From positions 2,893-66,892 of IMG/VR virus record IMGVR_UViG_3300034101_005796: DNA of 64,000 bases, one strand, 5' to 3'. Of the stretch, positions 57,182 to 64,000 are shown one piece after another. The notes under the pieces were generated by a model. That model worked only from the letters and a program-made list of their open reading frames with translations, had not been told where the DNA came from and searched no databases. A program made the position numbers and the translations under genes. Source of the stretch: a virus. The number at the start of each line of letters is the position of its first letter. The stretch's first letter is position 1.

Positions 57182-57378
57182 CGCAACCCCTGCGCCTCCT
57201 CACGCACCCGTCGCTTGGCCATCCCCCGTTGTTGCGCCGCCGCCGCCTGCCCACCACGGGATCCGATACGTTTACAACACTCACGGAAAGGCAGACGCGT
57301 TTGCCGCATCATCTCCTGCACCGCCGACAGCCAATGCCTGCGCACATCCCTCATGGCCGATCCTCCGGAGAAAACCAA
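57178..57378 (-). CDS. Small basic hypothetical protein
   Basis: IGSRGGQAAA (KGG-like) motif; start uncertain. Confidence 0.45.
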   Translation of the reverse strand: MVFSGGSAMRDVRRHWLSAVQEMMRQTRLPFRECCKRIGSRGGQAAAAQQRGMAKRRVREEAQGLR

Positions 57379-57558
57379 CGCCGCCGCCGCTCTTGCTCGA
57401 TGCCCTGATGGCGTCCCCGATGCAGACCCATGTCATACGCCGAAAAAATGCACAACGCCCCCGCCGCGCCAATGGCCAGAGCGAGCAAAAGAACCGCGAG
57501 ATAGTCGCTCACGGCCGCCCCCTCCGAGGAATTCTGTTCAGAGGTCCTAAGGGCCGAA

Positions 57559-57730
57559 GTGCTGCACTTTTCCCCTTGCGCGCTGCACTAACAGGGTGAG
57601 GCGAGGGTCGGAATCGAACCGACGCAACGGGGGGCATCATTTTTATTCGGGATAACATTTGCATATTTCTCTGTGGATTTAGTTGTTTGCGGGGGTATCT
57701 GAGTCTATGTTTGCTGCACAGTGCTGCACT
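57559..57730. promoter_or_regulatory. Putative integrase arm-type sites (GCTGCAC x4) flanking the att core
   Basis: GTGCTGCACT 57559, GCGCTGCACT 57580, TTGCTGCACA 57711, GTGCTGCACT 57721. Confidence 0.6.
57597..57626 (-). other. attP core: tRNA 3'-half fragment (Cys-like)
   Basis: Minus strand TGCGTCGGTTCGATTCCGACCCTCGCCTCA = T-arm plus acceptor 3' strand; no 5' half; 127 bp from integrase start. Confidence 0.75.
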
Positions 57731-57753
57731 GCTAACGCAGTTTTAGACTCCTC

Positions 57754-58791
57754 ATGGCCTCGCTCTACCGTCGTCCCCGCTCGCCCTATTACTACCTCTC
57801 GTTTTTCGAGGCTGGTCTGCGGCGGCACATCAGCACCGGCTTGCGCGCCGACGACGCCGCCGACCGGCGCCGCGCCGAAGCGCTTCTGGCCAAATACACC
57901 TACGCCGAAAAACTCGCGCCTCCCGGCGGCCACGCTCTCGGCAGCGGATGGGATTGGGTGCCCTCCTTCATCGAATCCATAGCGCGCGCCCCGCGCACCC
58001 TTGAGGCCTACGAGCTGCGTTGGCGGAATCTTTCGCTGTATCTCCGCGAGCAAAAGCTCGCGCATCCGCGCGCCCTTCGCCATGAGCATGCTCAGGCGTA
58101 TCTCCGTTGGCGCACGGCGCACAAAAGGCCCGCTGGCAAACACATTGCCCACAACACCGCCACTGGGGAGGTCAAGATGCTCAAGACCTTGCTCAACGAG
58201 GCCAAAGTCCGGGGCTTGGTTGATCGCAACGTCTTCGATTCCTTCCGCGCCCGCTACGACGCCATCGCTGAGAAGCCCGAGATCAACGAGGCCGAGCAAG
58301 GTCTTATTGAGACCGCGCTCCTCACTCAGCCCACGTGGATGCGCCGTGCCTTCCGCATCAGTATGGCCACCGGCTGCCGCCTGCGGGAGACCCGCATTGA
58401 CCTCCGCACCCAAGTCGACTTGGAGCGTGCCACCCTCCACTTTCCTGCGCCCAAAGGCGGGCGCCGCCGCGCCTACAGCATTCCGCTGCCGCAAAGCCTG
58501 CGCACGCTCTTCGAGGAGTTGTTGCAAGCGGGCACGCGCTACACCGTCGACTTCCCCGAGTGCCCGTCGAAGGACTGGCGCTTCTTCTTCGATTCCTTGG
58601 ATTTGCCGCACCATTGTTTTCATTGTTGCCGCGTCACCTTCATCACCCGACTCGCTCGAGCAAACGTGCCGCTCTCGGTGGCCATGCGTCTGGTGAATCA
58701 TGCGTCGGAGACGATTCACAAAATTTATCAGCGCGTGAACGTCGACGACTTGCGCGTTTGGGCGGCGCAACTGGAATCGGCGCAGCATTAG
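57754..58791 (+). CDS. int: Tyrosine integrase
   Basis: MASLYRRPRSPYYY N-terminus; TGCR, PKG, FHCCRVTF, VNH and IY catalytic residues. Confidence 0.93.
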   Translation: MASLYRRPRSPYYYLSFFEAGLRRHISTGLRADDAADRRRAEALLAKYTYAEKLAPPGGHALGSGWDWVPSFIESIARAPRTLEAYELRWRNLSLYLREQKLAHPRALRHEHAQAYLRWRTAHKRPAGKHIAHNTATGEVKMLKTLLNEAKVRGLVDRNVFDSFRARYDAIAEKPEINEAEQGLIETALLTQPTWMRRAFRISMATGCRLRETRIDLRTQVDLERATLHFPAPKGGRRRAYSIPLPQSLRTLFEELLQAGTRYTVDFPECPSKDWRFFFDSLDLPHHCFHCCRVTFITRLARANVPLSVAMRLVNHASETIHKIYQRVNVDDLRVWAAQLESAQH

Positions 58792-59035
58792 CCTGCGCCG
58801 CCACCCGCGCCGCCGCCTTCACTTGCTCCCGGCGCCAAGCCTCGAAATCCTCGCGGAAAATCCACTGGCCGACCTTAGGGAAGCCCGGCTGCAACGAGAT
58901 GGTGCGCGCCGCGTCGTATGACAAACTTATCGCCGCGGCAAAGCCCGCCAAACGCACCGGTTTGTTTTCCGCCCACCGAAGAAGAGCTTGCTCCTCGTCA
59001 TGTGGTGGCAATTTTTTACGAAGCTGCTTGTTCAT
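58643..59035 (-). CDS. Excisionase-like protein
   Basis: FAAAISLSY......PGFP......IFREDFEAW winged-helix; convergent with and overlapping the integrase. Confidence 0.6.
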   Translation of the reverse strand: MNKQLRKKLPPHDEEQALLRWAENKPVRLAGFAAAISLSYDAARTISLQPGFPKVGQWIFREDFEAWRREQVKAAARVAAQANAAPIPVAPPKRASRRRSRADKFCESSPTHDSPDAWPPRAARLLERVG

Positions 59036-59280
59036 GAGGGCGCGCGAATTTACGGCATTTGGCAGGCATTGCTCGCACGATTCCGCCAAAATTGAGCACG
59101 ATTGCGCCGAGCGTTTACGGCGTATGGGGGAAACTCCCCAATGACTAATGTTTCGCGCTCGGTATTCTCGGCGGGGGCACTCATGTCTGCGCTTTGTAAT
59201 AAATCCGCACTCGCGCCAACGCAAGCGGAAAAATGCAGAAAAAATTTGACCCGCCTACACGTCCGTCCGACAGTTCACTT

Positions 59281-59496
59281 GTGAGCAGTCACCCCCAAGA
59301 CGACCTCTGCACCGAGACCCTGACCATCCGCATTGACCAGCGCACCTTGCAGCGCATCGAAGCCCTAGCCGGGGCTAACGGACTGAAGCGTTCCGAATAC
59401 ATTCGCGATATTTTGCGAATAGCAGCCGAGAATCGCCTTAAAATCACTTACGGCCTCGAGAGCTTTCAGCTCCCCACCTTGAAACCGGCCGATTAA
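59281..59496 (+). CDS. Ribbon-helix-helix (CopG-like) regulator
   Basis: TLTIRIDQRTLQRIEALA...GLKRSEYIRDIL; GTG start after TTGACC-17-GACAGT. Confidence 0.8.
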   Translation: MSSHPQDDLCTETLTIRIDQRTLQRIEALAGANGLKRSEYIRDILRIAAENRLKITYGLESFQLPTLKPAD

Positions 59497-60122
59497 CCCG
59501 TCCAATCCGCGTTCTTCCCCCGCACATCCACGTGCGTGAAGGTGCGGTATTTCCCGATCCCGCCCTTGAAAACACCCTCCTTGCGCATCTGGGTGAGAAT
59601 TTTGTGCAGGGTAATCGGCGACCCGGCGAGATCCAGCGCCGCCCCCTTCGTATGGTAGGAGTTACTGGCGGCTCCAGACAGTGCTCTATTGTAAGCAGGA
59701 CTCCGGTAGGCCGAGTTGATTTTGAGCGGCTTGCCCAGCCGGTGCCGGGCCTCGTCGGCCACCCGCACCACCGCCACCAGAGAAGGCCAGAACTCGCGCG
59801 GGGGATCGGTGTTGATCTTGAGCCGCGCATCCCGCGCCCCACGATAGAACACCTCTTGCGCCGTAAAATAGCGCACGCCCGCCTTATCCAGCAGTGCTTG
59901 AAATTCTTCCTTTGGAATCAGCGATGGTTTTGCGCTTTTTGGCTTCTTGTTGGAGTCGGGTTTGGGCGGCGGCGAGGACTTCGCCACAATCGGAGAGTGA
60001 CAATGCTCGCACCAGCGCAAGGGCGATGGCTCTTCGGTCGTCCTCTGGCCATTTGGCGAGGCCGCGAATAAGTGTTTCAACCATGTCAGAAAGTTCATCT
60101 CCTTAGAATTCGACGCGCCCAC
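59493..60122 (-). CDS. Endolysin, peptidase M15A
   Basis: INSAYRSPAYN, SYHTKGAALD, GGIGKY.TFTHVDVRG; start may be 60122 or 60098. Confidence 0.9.
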   Translation of the reverse strand: MGASNSKEMNFLTWLKHLFAASPNGQRTTEEPSPLRWCEHCHSPIVAKSSPPPKPDSNKKPKSAKPSLIPKEEFQALLDKAGVRYFTAQEVFYRGARDARLKINTDPPREFWPSLVAVVRVADEARHRLGKPLKINSAYRSPAYNRALSGAASNSYHTKGAALDLAGSPITLHKILTQMRKEGVFKGGIGKYRTFTHVDVRGKNADWTG

Positions 60123-60279
60123 GCAGTCCGAGGAACGTCAACCCCTTGCGGCCGACGCGAATCGCCGGTTGCAGAGAGGCCAGCAATCTCACCAGCACGG
60201 GCCTCCGATCTACGCGGGCAGGCTTGGTAAAAATCGCCCGCAACATCGTCGCGTCGATTTGGTAAAGTCGCTCCTTCAT
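60103..60279 (-). CDS. Small lysis-cassette protein
   Basis: MKERLYQID...GRVEF; ATGA-coupled. Confidence 0.5.
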   Translation of the reverse strand: MKERLYQIDATMLRAIFTKPARVDRRPVLVRLLASLQPAIRVGRKGLTFLGLRGRVEF

Positions 60280-60494
60280 TCCGGCAGGACGATTTGTTCC
60301 ACCGTGCCAGCGGCGCCTTTCTCCGCCGCCCCCCATGGGCGCCAAAACATGACGAACCACACCTGCTTATCGAAGTCTGCTCCGCCGGTCATCTGCCACC
60401 CGCTTTTCCCCAGCGGCAACCCGTCACCCTTCATAGAAGGCATCGAGGCGCACCCCGCCAGCAAAGCGGCAGCCAGCACAAAAAAGAGCCGCAT
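60276..60494 (-). CDS. Small lipoprotein (spanin-like candidate)
   Basis: MRLFFVLAAALLAGC signal peptide with lipobox. Confidence 0.65.
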   Translation of the reverse strand: MRLFFVLAAALLAGCASMPSMKGDGLPLGKSGWQMTGGADFDKQVWFVMFWRPWGAAEKGAAGTVEQIVLPE

Positions 60495-60496
60495 GG

Positions 60497-60670
60497 CTAT
60501 TTTTCCCGACGGAAGACCTCGTAAAGAGAGACGGCCGCGATAGCTGCTGCCGCAATGGCCGACCATTGCTCAGGGTCCAGCTTCCAGCCCACGGCAGCCG
60601 TCAGCGTAGCCAGCCCCGCCCAGGTCGAGCGTTCTTTCAGTTTTCCGAGGATCGCATTGATGATGATCAT
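60497..60670 (-). CDS. Putative holin
   Basis: LKERSTWAGL plus two hydrophobic helices and basic tail; start 60670 with TTGACA-N14. Confidence 0.7.
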   Translation of the reverse strand: MIIINAILGKLKERSTWAGLATLTAAVGWKLDPEQWSAIAAAAIAAVSLYEVFRREK

Positions 60671-60694
60671 GCCCACCAGCGGCATGTCAAAGGC

Positions 60695-61159
60695 CTACGG
60701 CGCCAGCTGTGCCCCGGCCTCCTGAGAAGCCGTTTCGTAGGTCACGGGCGGTTCGGGCCAGCCACTTTTGGGGCTTGGGTCCAGCGAAGAGGCCAGAAGA
60801 ATCCCCTCCAGCCACGTCTTCATAGCCGTCATGGCAGGTCCGAGAGTCTGGCCGCTCGTTACCAAAGCCATTTCAAGCCTCTGAAGGCCGATGATCTGCA
60901 GGATCGTCAGGAATCGGGAAGTCCACTGCTCTGCGGTGTAGGTGAGATCGGTGACGGTCCATGTGCGCGTCACGGTCTGCGCTTCGACGTTCACGACATC
61001 CGATTGAGAGAGGGCTTGGGTTTCGGGATCGTAGGCAGGAACTTCGCTTTCGATCACGGTCATTTCAAGAAGCTCTGGATCAAGGCCCACGACTGACTCA
61101 TCGTCAATGCGAGGCCATGGGAGAACTTGTTGGGTCTGAGTATTATAGAGAAGTTGCAT
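60695..61159 (-). CDS. Tail fibre assembly-like protein
   Basis: PAYDPETQ...TWTV..L and WPEPP motifs downstream of fibre genes. Confidence 0.65.
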   Translation of the reverse strand: MQLLYNTQTQQVLPWPRIDDESVVGLDPELLEMTVIESEVPAYDPETQALSQSDVVNVEAQTVTRTWTVTDLTYTAEQWTSRFLTILQIIGLQRLEMALVTSGQTLGPAMTAMKTWLEGILLASSLDPSPKSGWPEPPVTYETASQEAGAQLAP

Positions 61160-61163
61160 AACT

Positions 61164-61682
61164 TTAGAATACCACGCTCACATTAGAAATAGCGGGCGTA
61201 TGTTGCACTGAGCCCTTCCAAAAGTTTACGCGAATCGCATGACCAGCAGGCACATTGGAAGCCGTAAGCACGATCGTCCCTGATGAGCTTAATGAGTGCG
61301 TCGCCAGTGTCTGAGCCGTTGTCCGGTTAGCAATATTGACACCCATCGACCACGCGTTTGTATTGAATGGGTTAGACCCAAAGAAAGTTAGGGTAACGTC
61401 AGATGTTGCGGGCAGTGTAAAGTCTTGGTAAAATGGCAGCGTTCCTCCCGCTTCAGCGGGAGATCGGGACAATACATTAAGATTCGCATAGTAAACACCA
61501 TCAAATATACGGATCAGAAAATCACTTGTGGGCACACCTATTGTAAACGAGCCCCACCCAGCAGGAACAGCTCTCCCCCACCATCCTGCCGCGTTATTAG
61601 TCATGCCGGTGGTATTGGAAAAATTGCCGTTCACAACGCGCTCTTCAGCAAAAGCATAAGGGTTGATTACAGTCGCACTCAC
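61164..61682 (-). CDS. Tail-fibre-associated carbohydrate-binding-like protein
   Basis: INPYAF then VVNGNF...P.GW...ISNVSV jelly-roll pattern. Confidence 0.6.
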   Translation of the reverse strand: MSATVINPYAFAEERVVNGNFSNTTGMTNNAAGWWGRAVPAGWGSFTIGVPTSDFLIRIFDGVYYANLNVLSRSPAEAGGTLPFYQDFTLPATSDVTLTFFGSNPFNTNAWSMGVNIANRTTAQTLATHSLSSSGTIVLTASNVPAGHAIRVNFWKGSVQHTPAISNVSVVF

Positions 61683-63181
61683 AGCCTTGTCCCCCTGAGA
61701 ATGACTTTGAGTCCAGCGCCCGAAGAAGGAGCTACGGCTTGGTCAATGTCGATAGTAATCTCAGCATCTTGCGAAAAATCACGATAAGTCGCATCAATCA
61801 CCGCAGGGGTTGCTGCTGTAGCACTTGTCTTTTCCGTGGCGTCGATAGAGAGCTTGGTGGACAGTGCCGAGTTGGCTCCATTATTGATGTCCACAATCAA
61901 AGTTCCACTTGTTGAAGCCGTAGTAACCGCCGCCGATACTGAAGTGAGGCGGAACGCCACGGGAGCGCGGAAGGTGACTTTGGCCGCCCCCGCCGTCAGC
62001 GCCGTGGTTTCGTTGGAACAGGCAATGACGTATTCGACAAACGGCGTCAACGTGGGTTTGTTAAGAATCTCCGCGTCGCCCGAAGTCGCGTTCCAGTCGG
62101 CCTTTGGAATATTCGCAATGTCCCGTCCATCAATATTCAGCCGATTGCCCGGCCCTAAGTCCTGCCAATATACCGTATCGGTTACAGGCAGAGATTCATT
62201 GTCGAATTTCGCCCGATAAATCCGCCCTCCTGAATGCACTACATCCCCCGCGAGGTAGCGGGTTCCGTCAACAAGTGTATGGTTTGCAGTCCACGGAACG
62301 GCGGCGTTGAAATAGAGGTCGTCGTGATTGTGGGCAGAAGGCGGAATCGAGGAGGGTTTATTTAGGATCTCCGCGTCGCCCGAAGTCGCGTTCCAATCCG
62401 CTTTCACTGGAGGTGATATTTCCACATAAGTGGAAAGCGCCGTCACCCACACATATGTTTTGAAAGTGTCTAGAGCCGTATATACACGATTCAGATCCCC
62501 CGTTGCAGGGAACGCCGCCCGGTTCGCAAAAGAAGGAAAAAAGTTCAGATGCGCTCTCGCGTCTGTCAGCGAAGATGTGATCAAAGTTCTGCCTGAGCTA
62601 GTGGAGTCGGAGATTTGGCTGGCCAACACGGTCGCCGGGGAGGCCGCGCCGCCGCCCAGCGCTTGAATCGCTTCCTTCGTCCGAAGGGGCGTCATCCATT
62701 TCTCATTACTTGTCCCCGCTTGCGCCTCTGCCTGCGTGGCCTTCAATTCAATAGCGGCCGACGGCTCTCCCTCATCACCCCGGATCACATCATTAGCCAC
62801 AATGATACGCAGCGCGGTGCTGGAAAAAATCTGCGCGCCCGAAGTCACCGACACCTCTGCAAGCAACGCCACCGTTGCTGCCTCTTCGGCAAACAGCGTT
62901 TCCAGCTGCTGTGTGTTAAGATCCAAATCGAAAGAATAGTGCCTGTCCGCCCCGTAGCCGGAGGGCGCCCAGCTTGAGGCCAGCGCCATATAGTCTCCGC
63001 CATACTGCTGCTTCAGCGCCAATATGCCGGTTGCATTTTCGGGCCACTCGACCACCTGCCCATCTTTGGCGAACCGAACAGCAACAACCACACGGTCGCG
63101 CCGTCTCAAAGAAATTGAGGAAACCTGAGCATTGGCCCACGTGCTCCACGCCCCGGTCTCAAGATCAATACGCAGCCTCAT
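61679..63181 (-). CDS. Tail fibre protein
   Basis: ATQAEAQAGT...MTPLRT, two KADWNATSGDAEILNKP repeats, HNHDDLY, CBM5/12-like segment, C-terminal DIDQ...GAGLKV domain. Confidence 0.85.
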   Translation of the reverse strand: MRLRIDLETGAWSTWANAQVSSISLRRRDRVVVAVRFAKDGQVVEWPENATGILALKQQYGGDYMALASSWAPSGYGADRHYSFDLDLNTQQLETLFAEEAATVALLAEVSVTSGAQIFSSTALRIIVANDVIRGDEGEPSAAIELKATQAEAQAGTSNEKWMTPLRTKEAIQALGGGAASPATVLASQISDSTSSGRTLITSSLTDARAHLNFFPSFANRAAFPATGDLNRVYTALDTFKTYVWVTALSTYVEISPPVKADWNATSGDAEILNKPSSIPPSAHNHDDLYFNAAVPWTANHTLVDGTRYLAGDVVHSGGRIYRAKFDNESLPVTDTVYWQDLGPGNRLNIDGRDIANIPKADWNATSGDAEILNKPTLTPFVEYVIACSNETTALTAGAAKVTFRAPVAFRLTSVSAAVTTASTSGTLIVDINNGANSALSTKLSIDATEKTSATAATPAVIDATYRDFSQDAEITIDIDQAVAPSSGAGLKVILRGTRL

Positions 63182-63204
63182 GCCTGCGCCACCTGTGTCA
63201 ATAG

Positions 63205-63768
63205 TCAGGCAGGCATGCGCACTACCCCTTTCACTACCACGTCTGTAATGCCCATGGCGTGATTGGTCGCATTCTTTCTAAAAGCAATCGTGATTGGCTC
63301 CCCCGCCTGCACTTGCGCTTCCAGTCTTACCGTTCGGGGATCATTTCTAATGCCGGTCGTCACGCCGCTGGCCACCAGCGCGCCGCGTGCAAGAATCTGG
63401 TAAGTCAGGCCATAATCACCGTAAAGAGGATTATTGTAAGGATTGTCCACAAAAAACTGCAACGACACCAAGGCACAACAGCTGTTTCCGACGGTCTGCT
63501 GAAAGAAAATCGGACCGGGCGGCTCTCTTGATAGCGTGTGTAAATTGGCAAAATGCTTTTCGTTAATCTGCCGCACGTTGTAAATCGCGGCCCGGCCGGA
63601 CCAGCCGAAAGGAACTCCACTGAACCAGCCGGGCTGATCTGTTCCCACCAGCCCCCGCCGGTCTCGAAAATCACCATTCACTACAGGATTACACAGGCCG
63701 ACTTGCACACGCCCGCCCACAATCGGAACGCTTGGGCTGGGCACCGTGCATACTTTTACGGCGTCCAT
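63205..63768 (-). CDS. Carbohydrate-binding-like protein, paralog of 61164-61682
   Basis: Start ATG 63768 (MDAVK); VVNGDF...VPFGW...ANL..LSR shared with 61164-61682. Confidence 0.6.
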   Translation of the reverse strand: MDAVKVCTVPSPSVPIVGGRVQVGLCNPVVNGDFRDRRGLVGTDQPGWFSGVPFGWSGRAAIYNVRQINEKHFANLHTLSREPPGPIFFQQTVGNSCCALVSLQFFVDNPYNNPLYGDYGLTYQILARGALVASGVTTGIRNDPRTVRLEAQVQAGEPITIAFRKNATNHAMGITDVVVKGVVRMPA

Positions 63769-64000
63769 GGCTCTCCCGTAGAACAATCCCCCCCCGGCAC
63801 CGCGACAAACTCACCATCCTTCTGATACAAAAACCCCGCCTCCGTCGGCAGCTTGGCCAAAAGCCAAATCTCAAAAAGCGCCCTAATCTGAGCTTCCGTC
63901 AGCCCATCACCACCGCCGCCACCACCGCCGCCGCCACCACCGCCGCCGCCACCACCCCCCCCACCCCCCCCCCCCCCCCCCCCCCCACCCCCCCCCCCCC
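63756..64000 (-). CDS. 5'-partial gene ending in poly-Gly linker + short domain
   Basis: Manual translation ...GGGGDGLTEAQIRALFEIWLLAKLPTEAGFLYQKDGEFVAVPGGDCSTGEPWTP*; frame through the C-homopolymer unreliable. Confidence 0.55.
   Translation of the reverse strand, partial: GGGGGGGGGGGGGGGGGGGGGGGGGGGGGGDGLTEAQIRALFEIWLLAKLPTEAGFLYQKDGEFVAVPGGDCSTGEPWTP

Noticed and set aside
57597-57626. Complete tRNA gene
   Set aside because: Only the T-arm and 3' acceptor strand are present; no matching 5' half at the expected distance.
57679-58788. 369-aa antisense ORF
   Set aside because: Shadow of the integrase on the opposite strand; typical of high-GC DNA.
61164-63768. Diversity-generating retroelement acting on fibre genes
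   Set aside because: No reverse transcriptase in the window and no long TR/VR pair with adenine-specific mismatches seen.
63909-64000. Poly-C tract as a functional element
   Set aside because: It begins as a genuine poly-Gly coding run, but the terminal homopolymer at the window edge is likely a sequencing or assembly artefact.

Overview
The window looks like a near-complete, circularly permuted genome of a temperate tailed phage (siphovirus-like). It appears to be in the free or excised form: a tRNA-3'-end att site next to a tyrosine integrase sits mid-window with phage genes on both sides. A PVC-superphylum (Verrucomicrobia-like) host is my inference only. Layout: minus-strand tail and head genes (1-27.2 kb: Ig-repeat tail protein, paired tail paralogs, tape measure, capsid, protease/scaffold, lambda-type portal, gpW-like); a glycosyl/methyltransferase block (27.6-30.9 kb); a divergent control region with 76-bp tandem repeats (31.5-32.4 kb); a 17-kb plus-strand early/accessory arm (32.4-49.3 kb); terminase (49.4-51.8 kb); primase and helicase; integrase; lysis genes; tail fibres. 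Most notable: (1) a ~1586-aa basic, modular polyprotein-like ORF between portal and protease, with an ART-like first module and recurring linkers resembling sites in the prohead protease; (2) a TTGAC(A/G/T)-N13-16-start-codon motif before at least 11 late starts, too close for a normal sigma70 -35, plus two paralogous sigma-region-4-like HTH proteins; (3) a probable phage histone-fold protein; (4) a DUF3150/DUF1257/DUF2997/Ycf46-AAA module; (5) covarying CTT-TTGT-AAG hairpins upstream of early genes; (6) a TGT/DpdA-like enzyme. All family assignments come from recognising motifs by eye; no searches were run.
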